A stretch of DNA of 57,291 nt from Chiloscyllium plagiosum (taxonomy: Eukaryota), in contig NC_057719.1 of the NCBI RefSeq assembly GCF_004010195.1, positions 28,005,072-28,062,362 on the forward strand, read 5' to 3'. Position 1 is the stretch's first letter; every line of letters starts with the position of its first letter. The notes beneath the pieces are model-generated. The model did not search any database. It was not told where the DNA came from and was given only the letters and a program-made list of their open reading frames with translations. Made by a program: the position numbers and the translations under genes. Of this stretch, positions 38,296 to 50,441 are shown piece after piece.

Positions 38296-39110
38296 AAACG
38301 TGAGCAAATGTGAGGTCTTGCACTTTGGAAAAAAAGAACACAGACATGGACTATTTTCTAAACAGTGAGAAAATTCATAAAGCCAAAGTACAAAAGGATC
38401 TGGGAGCGCTAGTCCAGGATTCTCTAAAGGTTGACTTGCAGGTTGAGTCCGTGGTAAAAAAAGCAAATGTAATGTCGTTTATCTCAAAAGGTTTGGAATA
38501 TAAAAGCAGCAATGTGCTTCTGAGGCTTTGTAAAGCTCTAGTTAGGCCCCATTTAGTATACTAAGTCCAATTTTGAACCCCACACCTCAGGAAGGACATA
38601 CTGGCACTGGAGCATGTCCAGCGGAGATTCACACGGATGATCCCTGGAATGGTAGACCTAATATATGATGAACGGCTGACGATCCTGGGATTGTATTTGT
38701 TACAGTTTAGAAGGTTGAGAGGAGATCTAATAGAAATTTACAAGATAATGCATGGCTTAGAATGGGTGGATGCTGGGAATTTGTTTCTGTTGTTAGGCAG
38801 GGAGACTAGGACCTCCGGGCACAGCCTTAGAATTAGAGGGGGTCAATTTAGAATGGAAATGAGGAGACATTTCTTCAGCCAGAGAATGGTGGGCCTGTGG
38901 AATTCATTGCCACAGAGTGCAGTGGAGGCTGGGACGTGAAATGTCTTCATAGCAGAGACTGATAAATTCTTAATCTCGCAATGAATTAAGGGCTATGGGG
39001 AGAGTGCAGGTGAATGGAGATGAAATGCCGATCAGCCATGATTAAATGGTGGAGTAGACTCGATGGGCAGAATGGTCTTACTCCCACTCACATGTCTTAT
39101 GGTTTTATGG
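38296..39110 (+). mobile_element. CR1 LINE 3' portion
   Basis: VQKDLGALV, ALVRPHLVY, RLRGDLIEIYKI, FFSQRMVGLWNSLP; TCTTATG tail. Confidence 0.92.
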
Positions 39111-40121
39111 ACACTTCCGCTGCTTTATTAAACATTCATGCACATTCACATCTAGTTTTAATAATTGCAAAGGGCATCTGTCCTTTCTCAAAGGAGTATT
39201 GACCTCTCCCATGGAGCTACCTGGAATTCTCCAACTGGGTACTTTCCCAACCACAGATTTTCAGAATGGGCAAATGCCTAAAGCCCATGAATTGCGTTCT
39301 GGGCAATACACTTATGAAGACTGCTTGTGTATGAAGGCAGCTGCATTTTCCTATATGCAGCTATCCTCGTGAACTACGAATGTGTAAACTAAAACCTAGC
39401 CCTGTTACCACTCTTTCACCAAAGAAAAATGTGTGCGCAGGACTTTGGGGTACACTGTCTGGAATCAGGTTCCTTGCACCATTTTGGATAAGACTTGGAG
39501 TCTTCCATCTTCATGAAAATTCAATCCAAACTTGTTGTGTGGCATTGCCCTCAGCAAACTGCCCATATAAGAACATATTAACCTAAACATCTGATCAATG
39601 CTATTTTGATGGAGGTTAATTCATTTGTTTTAAACTAGTTTATGCTAGTTTTAAACAAACCCAGCAGAAAACCAAAAGGGGAAATCCACAGAATCAATGA
39701 CATCAAGTAATTATGAGTAATGCAGCAGGAAATCACAGCTTATGATGTACAGTAAAACCCATCATAATGCTTTTTGGAAATATTCATGATATTATGCCTT
39801 AAAAAACTGATAAGGTTTGAAATAAACACAAGTACTTACCCCTGTGAAATTTTTTAAAATAATTATTCTTGGTAACATGTACCCACGACAGATATTTAAT
39901 TACTTTCCAGCTCACATGTGAAAAGCCCATTCAACTGATATATATTTGCAGAGTTATTTATCATGAATTATAGTGAATGAAGATAATAGAAATTAAACTG
40001 TAAAGACATGGGAATTTATCATGATTCCTTACTGTACATGTGTCTTCTTTGGGACCTTTACAATATTTCACATCCCTCATACATGAGCCCAAAAGTAATG
40101 AAGTAATTCTTGTATATATAT

Positions 40122-40270
40122 AACCAAAAGAGAAAATGCTTTGACAAAGGGTCAGTTAGACTCGAAATGTCAGCTCTTTTCTCTCCTTACAGATGCTGCC
40201 AGACTTGCTGAGATTTTCCAGCATTTTCTCTTTTGGTTTCAGATTCCAGCATCCGCAGTAATCTGGTTTA
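40122..40270 (+). mobile_element. PLE pLTR fragment with decayed hammerhead and short inverted piece
   Basis: TTGACAA-A-GGGTC(AGTTA)GACTC-GAAATGTC at 40141-40171; AACCAAAAGAGAAAATGCT is inverted relative to AGCATTTTCTCTTTTGGTT. Confidence 0.7.
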
Positions 40271-40390
40271 TATATACTTGAGTTAATTGCAAACAATTAT
40301 TCTTCTATTGATGTTTAAACTCAAATGAATGATAAACCTACAATGAAGATACCTCTACTATGTAAAATTGTAAACTATTTTTAAAGATCA

Positions 40391-40703
40391 GCAGTGCTGC
40401 CTCACAGCGCCAGAGACCCGGGTTCAATTCCACCCTCGGGCGACTGACTGTGTGGAGTTTGCACATTCTCCTCGTGTCTGCATGGGTTTCCTCCAGGTAC
40501 TCCGGTTTCCTCCCACAGTCCAAAAATGTGCGGGTCAGGTGAATTGGCCATGCTAAATTGTCCATAGTGTTAGGTGAAGGGGTAAATGTAGGGGAATGGG
40601 TCTGGATGGGTTGCTCTTCGAAGGGTCGGTGTGGACTTGTTGGGCCGAAGGGCCTGTTTCCACACTGTAAGTAATCTAATCTAATCTAATCTAATTTAAT
40701 CTA
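40391..40703 (+). mobile_element. HE1-type SINE with (AATCT)n tail
   Basis: TGCTGCCTCACAGCGCCAGAGACCCGGGTTCAATTCC head; near-identical to 22236-22525. Confidence 0.92.
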
Positions 40704-41666
40704 AACTGATTTCCCAAATGGTGGGTGAGCCCTTTTTTGCCTTGGTTAAATGCAGCTCACAGTGTGAAAATAGTTCACACCTTTGTGCTTTTCTATTCAT
40801 TCCCTCTTGGAGAAGCAGAGCAATGGCCATGTTGTAATCAATCTACTATGTTTCTGCAATGGAAACCCTGACTCCAATTGAAGTAAATGGGATGATTCTA
40901 CTGACAAGATGGCAAAAAGAATCATTTCGGGAAGTGTTTATTCCTCCACTGCCAGTAATGGCAGACCTGGAGCAGCAACATAAAATGATGTCTGCTGATG
41001 ATGTGGATGACAGTTGGCTACACAAACTTAATATTTCAGAGCTGGTGGCTTGAGTAAATTTGATTAATGGCTGTACAAACTTTCCCAGGTTTGCAGCTTT
41101 GGAATAATGTGCACCGCAGTATAAACTAGACAGATTCCACAGCTCTGGCTGCCAAGTTAAATAGAACTACATCTATCTCAGAAAAATGTGACTGTGAAAT
41201 GAGTGTCTGAGGCAAAATGATTGGAAATGGATAGTCTACCATTCACTTACAATCATTATTAGTAATCTGCCTCTACGCTGTAGCCAACATTCTAAATGCT
41301 CCAGCATTTTAAGAAATCCCTCAAATGTACTTGTGCTGAAAACTGCTGGTAACTAAGGATTGAATCTTTGTTATTTTAAATGTACTCCAGAAAGGTGTAG
41401 CTATTGCCTTAACAGAGAAAATAAACACAGTAAATGCTTTTAAATCTCATTGCCAAAACATAACAGAGACACATTTTATGATCATTTGAGTGCAAAGTAC
41501 ACTGTGTCAGAAGCAGGAAGCATTAACGCATGAATCATTAAAAAAAGCTAAGTGTGAGAACAATATGCTCTTGCCCACGGTTACCCATGACCACCCTTGC
41601 AATATTTTGAAGGCACATGTAAGGAATGCTACACAAACTCTTTTACAGCTTGTTAGGAGGACTTAC

Positions 41667-41813
41667 AATTCTGGGTTTGAAAGGTGGCTTCATTTGTCGC
41701 TGTTCAAGTGAATCCCAATCAATTCCTTGAAAGAAGGGATGGTTCAGAATGGCCTGCTCTCCACCTTGTGCTGAGACACAGCCCAGCCGTTTGTTTGGAT
41801 TTTTGATCATGAA
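41667..41813 (-). CDS. PRKCE: Protein kinase C epsilon-like, penultimate coding exon (147 nt, phase 0/0)
   Basis: Acceptor TCTCTCTTTTTTTCCACCAG, donor [55 protein letters not shown] (end of kinase domain); splices in frame to 36991. Confidence 0.93.
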
Positions 41814-43781
41814 CTGGTGGAAAAAAAGAGAGAGGAAAGACAATGAGTTGTCTTCAATTTTACAGCCCGGAACAACCAGAGCTTGGGAAGTAGTTGCACA
41901 TCATTTTCTGCCAACATTTTCTCCTCTGCTTCTCTGAAAGCAGCAATTTGTACCAAGAGCACATTACTAACTGTCAGCCAACCGCTAAGCATTCTACACA
42001 AGTGGCTGATTCCTGTTAATATTTTGGTCTTGATTAACTTTTCTTGAATCCTTTCTTAAGTTCACTTTCAGATTTAAACAAAATCAGGAAGGCTCATAGT
42101 AATTTGGTAGATCTTCTACTCCTTGTGGTGGTACTCAGATCTGAAGAACAGAATAGACTCAGGTATTAAGCTTGCTCTTTACGTGGATGAAAATCACACC
42201 ATACCAGGTTATAGTCCAACAGGTTTATTTGGAAATACAAGCATTTAGAGCGCTGCTTCTTCATTTGGTAGCTGTGGGGCAGGATCTAGTTCACAGAATT
42301 TACAGTAAAAGATCATAGTGTCATACAACTAATGCGATGTCTTGAACAAACCCACTAACTCAAAATGGTTATGCAATGCTCCAGCACTCACTCGGCCACC
42401 TCCCCACTTTTCCTTCACCTACACCAGCATTAACAGCTCTCCCAGCCTGTTTCATTCCTCTTGATCGCTTCGTCTCTCTCTCATTTCAGGAGAAAGAAAG
42501 CTCACAGTGTGGCAGAGAAAGCCTGACATTGGGATCCTCACCCTCTATGAGAAAAGGATCCTGACCATGACAGTCCCAAGCAACCAACTGATTGTGCCCA
42601 AGGCCCCAGGCTGTATCGGAGGCTCCCCTGGATTTATTGTGACAGAAGCCCCTGACAAGAGCAAACACAGAAATTACTGGAGAAACTAGGGAGGTCTGTG
42701 GTTGGAAAGCAGAGTTCATGTTTCAGGGCTGGTGACCCTTCTTCCAAACTTCTGACCTTCCGAGCTCTGATGCTGAATGTGTTCTTTATATATTTTATCT
42801 CCACGATGTACAACGTTCCTCAGAAAACTACGGTCACTACATCCTGAGATCCAGCTCAGTGCCCTGTGTCACCATATGCATGCTCGCAACCTCTCTCTCC
42901 ATCAGCACTGCCTCATGCTACCTCAGAGCTACCCTGCCACCCAGTTCCACTTCATCCTCTGGCTCATTCAACATTCTAACTTTTTCTTTTCCTTTTAGGC
43001 ATTAAGGAACACAAGGTGCAACAGCTCAAGAGAAACCTATGCCCCTCTTCCACCCGTCCCCTTCCCTCTGACTTCATCCTTTCTTCTAACCCAACTCCTG
43101 TTATGTATTTACTAACCCAACTGACCTTCTGCTCTCTGATACGGAATTTATTCTTCTTAACATATTTCCATTGAGTTTGCTTTCTCTCCACAGATCCTGC
43201 CAGACCTGCGGAGATTTTTTTGCAATTTCTGTTTTTGGTTTTGATTCTCAGCATCTGCAGTTCTTTGTTTCTTTGTCTGCTGACAGATGGCTGTCTCCCT
43301 TGACTTGACTTAGCCATTCCATAGAAGTACATGCAGTGTGTTTGCCATGTACACAGCAGGCACATGGTGCAGGCGTGGGATTAACATAGTCCAGTGATAT
43401 ACACCCCTGACATAGTCCAGTGATATACAGCAAGATGTCCAATACCTTGACTGATCGCAGCTGACTACCAAGTTAAGCTGCCTGGCTTTGTGGCTGCAAT
43501 AAAAGGTAATGCCAGACAGAAGTATGTAAGTCTTTAAGCTTTGGCTGAGAGGCCAAAGTGTGAAAAGATGAGAGAAGACAATGCAGGACCAGACATCGAT
43601 ATAATGATCATCTAAGTAGGTGCAAAGCGAGTGAGCATTAAGTGAACAGTGCACTCTGATTGAAGCCATGAGGTTGCTGCTTGTCTTTGTGTCTACAATG
43701 TCCTGGCAGCAACATTGCAAAGAAGAGCAGAGTGGAGCAGAGATGTGTCCTGTGGCTTCAGGAAGGAAAGCAGCTGAAGGT

Positions 43782-44678
43782 GGCAATAGCCTAGTGGCAT
43801 TATCACAAGACTGTCAATCCAGAGACCCAAGTTCAAATCCCACCATGGCAGATGGTGGAATTTGAACTTGATAAAAATCTGGAGACTACTGATAACCATG
43901 AATCTATTGTCAATTTTTCAGTAAAAACCTATCTTGTTCACTAATTCCTTTTAAGGAAGGAAACTGCCATCTTACCTGGTCTGGCCTGCATGTGACTCCA
44001 GATGCACCAGCAATGCTGGTGAAAGTGAGGACTGCAGATGCTGAAGATTAGAGTTGAGAGTGTGGTTGGAAAGCAGAGTTCATGTTTCAGGGCTGGTGAC
44101 CATTCTTCCGAACATCTGACCTTTTGTGCTCTGACGCTGAACGTATTCTTTTATATATTTTTTATCTCCATGATGTACAATGTTCCTCAGACAGCTAGTG
44201 TCACTGCATCCTGAGATCCACACTCAGTGCCCTGTGTCACCATATGCATGCTGTCCACCTCTCTCTAGGTAATAGTGATTGGTCAGAAAGAAGATAGACA
44301 TCTCTCTTACCACCTATCTGATCCACCCTGTCCATCTTCCTTCCCAACTATCCGCTCCACCCGCCTCTCTGACCTATCCCTATTACCCCTACACCCATCA
44401 ACCTATCGCACTCTGAGCTACCTTACCCCCAGTCCCATCCCCCCCTCCCATTTATCTCACCAGCCCCTCGGCTCACAGCCTCATTCCTGATGAATGGCTT
44501 TTGCCTGAAACATCGATTCTCCTGCTCCTCGGATGCTGCCTGACCTGCTGTACTTTTCCAGCACTACACTCTCAACTCTGCACAGCAATGTTATTAACTC
44601 CTAACTGCCCTCTGGGTTGGGCCAGAAATGTTGGCCTAGCCAACAATGCCATCATCCTATCAATGAATTTTTAAAAAG
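43782..44678 (+). mobile_element. SacSINE1/DeuSINE-like SINE interrupted by a PLE insertion (44016-44580)
   Basis: tRNA-like head GGCAATAGCCTAGTGG..CAAGTTCAAATCCC; body resumes after duplicated CAGCAATG (~44008 and ~44583); PLE carries hammerhead core CTGATGA..GAAACATC at 44487-44514. Confidence 0.65.
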
Positions 44679-46916
44679 TATATCCAATGCCAATCTCCAG
44701 GGACGGAAGATGTAATTGATCACTGTAATTGATCACTGTACATGGTCATGCCCTGAGATATTGGTTACTGATGTGCAAGACTGGAAGAAGAAGCAGCGAG
44801 CTGGTGTCTCACCAGGTACTCAGGTCCACCAGGTTGGAAGAAGAGACATTTTCCCCTCGACGAAGAGAATTGCTTCATAGCCTATCCTGTGCGAGTTATC
44901 CAGCTTACTCACTAATGCTGATGTCATTCACGGCCTGGGAAGAGCCTGCCTATTATTCAATAGATATTAATAAATATTAATAAATAGAGAGTTATAAATG
45001 GTATCTTTATCTTGAAGTGATGGGCATTCTCTCTTTACTGCTACATATGGACATACTGTATTTCATTGGTGACGTCTAGTTTAGTTTAGCAATGGAAAGG
45101 GATAGGTTAGTGCCACAGGGCAAGAGCTATAGATAGGGGAAGGGCAATTATAATGTGATTAGGAAGACATAGGAGGTATAGAATAGGGTAGCAAATGCAG
45201 GAGATGGGGACAATCGAGATGTGGAGCTGGTTTAAGGAACAGATATTGCATGTCCTTGATAGGTATGTCCCTGTCAGGTAGAGAAGAAGTGATAAGGTAA
45301 GGGAACCGTGGTTTACTAAAGAAATTGTGTCTCTTGTTAAGTGGAAGAGGGAGGCTTACGTGACATTGAGACAAGATGGTCTAGATGAGACGATGGAGAG
45401 TTACAGATTAACTAGGAAGGATTTAAAGAGAGAGTTAAGAAGAGCAAGGAGGGAATATGACCATTCTTTAGCATGTAGAATAAAAGAGAACCCTAAAGCT
45501 TTCTCTAGGTATGTGAGGAATAAAAGGACAACTAGGGTACGAATAGGGCAAGTCAAGGACGAAAATGGGAAGTTGTGTGTGGACCCTATGGAGATCGGAG
45601 AGGTACTAAAATGAATATTTCTCATCGGTTTTCACTCAGGAAAAGGAGAAAATTGTACAGGAGAAGACTGAGATACAGGCTTTTAGACCAGAAAGGATTG
45701 AAGTCAGTAAGCAGGAGGTGTTATCAATTCTAGGTGGTGTGAAAGTAGATATGTCCCCTGGGCCGGATGGGATTTATCTGAGGATTCTCTGGGAAGGTAG
45801 GGAGGAGATGGCAGACCCTTTGGCCTTGGTCTTTGAGTCGTCATTGTCTACAAGTTTAGTACCAGAAGACTGGAGGATTACAAATGTTGTACCCTTGTTC
45901 AAAAAGGGCAGTAGAGATGACCCAGGTAATTATAGACCAGTGAGCCTTACATCTGTTATAGGAAAAGTTTTGGACAGGTTGATAAGATCGGATTTATCGC
46001 AAAAATTTGATTGGAGATAGTCAACATGGTCTCATCAAGGGCAGGTCGTGTCTCACAAATCTCACTGAGCTTTTTGAGAAGGTGACCAAGCATGTGGATG
46101 ACAGTAGGGCAGTTGTGGTGTACATGGACTGATTCGGTTCCACATAGTAGGCTGTTCGAGAAAATGCAGGGGCATGGGATTGAGGGTGATTTAGCAGTTT
46201 GGATTAGAAACTGGCTTTCTGAAAGAAGACAGTGAGTGATGGTTGATGGAAAATATTCAGCCTGGAGTCCGGTTACTAGTGGTGTGCCACAAGGATCTAT
46301 TTTGGGACCACTGCTGGTTGTCATTTTTATAAATGACTTAGACACAGGCATAGGTGGATGGGTTAGTAAGTTTGCAGATGTCACTAAAATCGGTGGAGTA
46401 GTGGACAGTGTGGAAGAGTGTTACAGGTTGCAGGGGGACTTGGATAAACTGCAGAATTGGTCTGAGAGGTGGCAAATGAAGTTCAATGCAGATAAATGTG
46501 AGCTGATTCACTTTGGGAAGAATAACAGGAAGGCAGAATATTGGGTCAATGGAAAGATTCTTGTCAGTGTGGATGTGCAGAGGGACCTTGGAGTCCATGT
46601 ACATAGATCCCTGAAAGTTGCCACCCAGATGGATAGTGCTGTTAAGAAAGCATATGGTGTGTTAGGTTTTATTGGTAGAGGGATTGAGTTCTGGAGCTGT
46701 GATGTCATGCTGCAACTGTACAAAATGCTACTGTGGCCTCACTTGGAATATTGTGTACAGTTCTGGTCACCCCATTACAGGAAGGATGTGGAAGCATTGG
46801 AAAGGTGCAGAGGAGTTTTACCAGGATGTTGCCTGATCTGGAGGTATAGTCTTATGAGGGACTTGGGTTTGTTCTCATTGGAGAGAAGAAGTCTAAGAGG
46901 GGATTTAATAGAGACA

Positions 46917-47043
46917 GGAGAAAGTGAGGACTGCACATGCTGGAGATCAGAGCTGAAAATGTGTTGCTGGAAAAGCGCAGCAGGTCAGGCAGCATCCAAA
47001 GAACAGGAGAATCGACGTTTCGGGCATAAGCCCTTCTTCAGGA
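46917..47043 (-). mobile_element. Short PLE-derived insertion inside the CR1
   Basis: 14-bp TSD ATTTAATAGAGACA at 46903-46916 and 47044-47057. Confidence 0.9.
47014..47041 (-). ncRNA. Minimal hammerhead ribozyme core (PLE type), intact
   Basis: Minus strand CTGAAGA-A-GGGC(TTAT)GCCC-GAAACGTC. Confidence 0.75.
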
Positions 47044-48229
47044 ATTTAATAGAGACATACAAGATGATCAGAGGATTAGATAAGTGGGTGCCTTTTTCCT
47101 AGGATGATAATATCGGCTTGTATGAGGGAGCATAGCTGCAAATTGAGGGGTGATAGATTTAAGACAGATGTCAGAGGCAGGTCCTTACTCAGAGAGTGGT
47201 AAGGGCATGGAATGCCCTGCCTGCCAATCTAGTTAACTCAGCCACATTCGGGGCATTTTAACAGTCCTTGGATAATCAGATACTTTCATTGTCATCTGAA
47301 GTATTTCGGTCGGCATATGTGTCAAACTACCAAGCTGCTCTAATGACAATAGACCCACCCACATGCAAAAAGTACCTATTCTAGCCTGTTTGTCCCTGAA
47401 AATAAGGTTACTCTTGATGTTTACTGTGAAAACTGTTCAATATTCATTTGTCCTCCTCCACAGTGACAGTTTTATCATTCGGATGCATGAAGATGCATTA
47501 ACAACTGATAAGAGGGTCTCATTGTAAATAAGCATTGATAGCTATCAACATCATATTAGATCATTCCAAAGATTGAACCAATTTCTACTGTTCTGGAGAC
47601 AGATTGTTAGAACTGATCAGATTCCCACGATCAGATTCCGATTGCAATGATCAGAATAGACCATTATAATTTGAGAGGAGAAAAAGCATTTGGAGAGTAA
47701 TAAATCTCTAAGTCTCTGGTAAATTAGATCTCTGAAGGTCACCAGCTCTAGATTTGAGAGGGATATGGTTGGTCAGATGAATGAACTGCTTCAGTTAACA
47801 GCATTCTTTTAATAAGAAACACTGGTTGGCCAGCAGTAAGGTAATACTGCAGCATGACATCATTAATAAAAGGCTGCATGTCTTTGTGATGTTTTGACAA
47901 TTACTCTGAAGAGCTCGAGGCATGACCTGGTCAGAGGGTACAGTTCTTTCACTGCATGACAGTATATTTCTTGGAAGCCAGTTCATTTCGCTTCATGTCC
48001 CTGCAGCCAGTCTTCACCACAATCTGACAGCAGCATTCAAAGTGCCACCTTTCACCCTTGTTGCGTTGCAAGGCCACAGGCCACAGCACCAGCAAGGAGA
48101 TGGCTTATCCTTGATCACGTGCCCTTCCACAGGTAAGCAGGATGAAAACCGAGATCCAGGCGGAAGGAAACAAGAGTCCAAACAATATCTGCGGTACAGA
48201 GTTGAATAGCCTCCTTCTGTGGTTAATGT

Positions 48230-48325
48230 CAAGATTAGAATGGTGCTGGAAAAGCACAGCAGGTCAGGCAGCATCTGAGGGGCAGGAAAATCGACGTTTC
48301 GGGCAAAAACCTTTCATCAGGAATG
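48230..48325 (-). mobile_element. Short PLE-derived insertion with hammerhead core (48293-48320)
   Basis: Minus strand CTGATGA-A-AGGT(TTTT)GCCC-GAAACGTC; possible 8-bp TSD GTTAATGT at 48222-48229 and 48336-48343. Confidence 0.8.
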
Positions 48326-49112
48326 TATCTAATTTGTTAATGTGGCATTCTCATCAGGGCCTTATGACAGAAGCCAGTTCTCACTGCAAATTAACTCTAC
48401 ATTTAATTCTTGTGGTCTTTGCCAATCTAACTCAACTTTTTAGCTCGCATCTCCAGAATTAATAGCGTAAAGCAACTACAAAATTGGTTAGAAATTGCAC
48501 ATACGGGAAAGATAAGTAGCAGGACAACAAATGTAAGTTGTGTTGGTGGTGTTGCATAAAAAGACCAACTGCGCTTCCTGGATAAGCCCTGGGAAAGGAT
48601 AATTTCTTATATCTATATATGGATGCAAGGAGCAGCCCTCAGATAATTCAAATTTCATCTTTCTTTGTGCGTCAATTTAATGATCCTATGCACTCAAATA
48701 GCAAATGAATGTGCAAAACCACAATTGCAGAAGCAGTTGGAAAATGTTACAGCATGACTAGTATATATGCCACAGCAGAGCTGTTAACTACTACTAATTA
48801 GAACAGTGTTATCGCATAATCTAGTTAAAAAAGGGAAATGATAAGGCCACTTTATTGCATTTGAGGTGAATTTCTGTTTGAGACATTGTCACTGTGTAAA
48901 AAAATACAAACTCCACATGGCACAGCAACTGTACAGGGTGGGCAGGTAAATGTACATGAATATCAGAAATGTGGTTGGACCTTGAACAATGCAGGAAACA
49001 GATCATTGCAAGACTGCAGCGATAGCTGGAAACTACACTGTGATGTGACAACAAATCTAAAAACAACAGCTATTTCTTTATTACAAGATTAAGCTCAATG
49101 TCCAAAGTGAAT

Positions 49113-49232
49113 GTCCAAAGAAGGAGCGTCGCTCCGAAAGCTAGTGCGTCCAATTAAACCTGTTGGACTATAACCTGGTGTTGTGTGATTTTTAACTTTG
49201 TACACCCCAGTCCAACACCGGCATCTCCGAAT
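49113..49232 (+). mobile_element. Second PLE family 3' fragment with 5'-truncated hammerhead
   Basis: GAA-GGAGC(GTC)GCTCC-GAAAGCTA then CCTGTTGGACTATAACCTGGTGTTGTGTG; 10-bp TSD CAAAGTGAAT at 49103-49112 and 49233-49242; decayed minus-strand copy at ~42190-42270. Confidence 0.75.
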
Positions 49233-50104
49233 CAAAGTGAATCTAAGTATGACTAACAAGCAAAAATCTGTTGGAAAGTTTTATTTCACCTATTTTTGTG
49301 AAACTCTATTGACTAAAAACTCTGATTGCAAACATGGAATGGTACTGTCACGTCAAGTGTAAACGGCACGTAATTCTTCCTTTGTGTGTAAAAACATTTG
49401 TTGTAAGATGGTACCAATGGAAATCAATCAATGGGCATAATTAATAACATTTACAGAAGGCATTCTAGAAGCTCTCCTGTTGAGGCTTTTAAAGGTGCTT
49501 ACTAATTCATTTGTAACAAAGGTAAAGATGCTGCATGGAGGTGGTGATCTTGGATTAAACCCGCTGTCCCTACTTAGTTATCTGATCTTAGGTGTGACAA
49601 CTGTCAGGGTGCAACAAATTACCCAAGAAGGGAAAGTGATCATCAGAGTTCCAGTCCTGTTTGTTATTTAGTGACTGAAACATGAACATTGGGTGAAAAG
49701 AGGATTGAGTCCAGAGTGAAACGCTTCAAGGATGTACAGTTTCAGTGCACCAGTGAAGAGGGTGTGAGACGGTGACATAATACTGAATTAGTCAGTCAAA
49801 TAAATTGGGAACTTTAGGTTGTATGACTAAATTTTTTCCAAATTCATGATAGCCTGAAGAAGAGTGAGGTTACAGAGAGAATAGTTAAAGAAAACATTGG
49901 TCCTCCAGACGGTAGGTTTGGGGAACTCACAATGAAAAATAAGGAGATGGCAGATAAACTGAATAGATATTTTGCATAGATCTTCACTGTAGAAGATTTA
50001 AATAAAATCCCAGAAGTAGAAATTATTCAGGCAAAGGAATGAAGGGAGGAACTAAAGAAAATTACAATGGCCAGAGAAATGGTACAGAGCAGATTGTTGG
50101 AGCT

Positions 50105-50397
50105 AGATTAGATTCCCGACAGTGTGGAAACAGGCCCTTTGGCCCAAAAGGTCCACACCGACCCTCTGAAGAGTAACCCACCCAGAGTCATTTCCCTCTG
50201 ACTAATGCACCTAACATTATGGGCAATTTAGCATGACCAATTCACCTGACCGGCACATCTTTGGACTGTGGGAGGAAAACCACACAGACACGGGGAGAAT
50301 GTGCAAACTCCACACAGACAGTTACCCGAGGTGGGAATTGAACCCAGGTTGCTGGTACTGTGAGGTAGCAGTGCTAACCACTGAAGCACCGTCCCAC
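50105..50397 (-). mobile_element. HE1-type SINE
   Basis: Reverse complement of SINE head (TCAGTGGTTAGCACTGCTACCTCACAG..GGGTTCAATTCCC) and AATCT tail. Confidence 0.9.
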
Positions 50398-50441
50398 CCC
50401 AGCTTTATGCTGTGAAGACTCTGGATCCTAATGGAAAGATG

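Larger units (their letters stand above)
45079..47273 (+). mobile_element. CR1 LINE ORF2 remnant (post-endonuclease region through RT)
   Basis: RIKENPKAFSRYVRNKR, SPGPDGIY, VVPLFKKG..NYRPVSLTS, SGVPQGSILGPLL..INDL, KFADVTKIGG; frameshifted. Confidence 0.95.

Noticed and set aside
5684..42187. Scattered TACGTG hypoxia-response-like hexamers
   Set aside because: Isolated 6-mers with no clustering; not distinguishable from chance by eye.
42141..42270. Further hammerhead-like remnants (CTGAAGA at 42141; minus-strand copy ~42240-42266)
   Set aside because: GAAA box or stem II destroyed; counted only as decayed PLE sequence.
43384..43429. 20-bp direct repeat ACATAGTCCAGTGATATACA with 6-bp spacer
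   Set aside because: Only two units; simple slippage duplication, not a CRISPR-like array.
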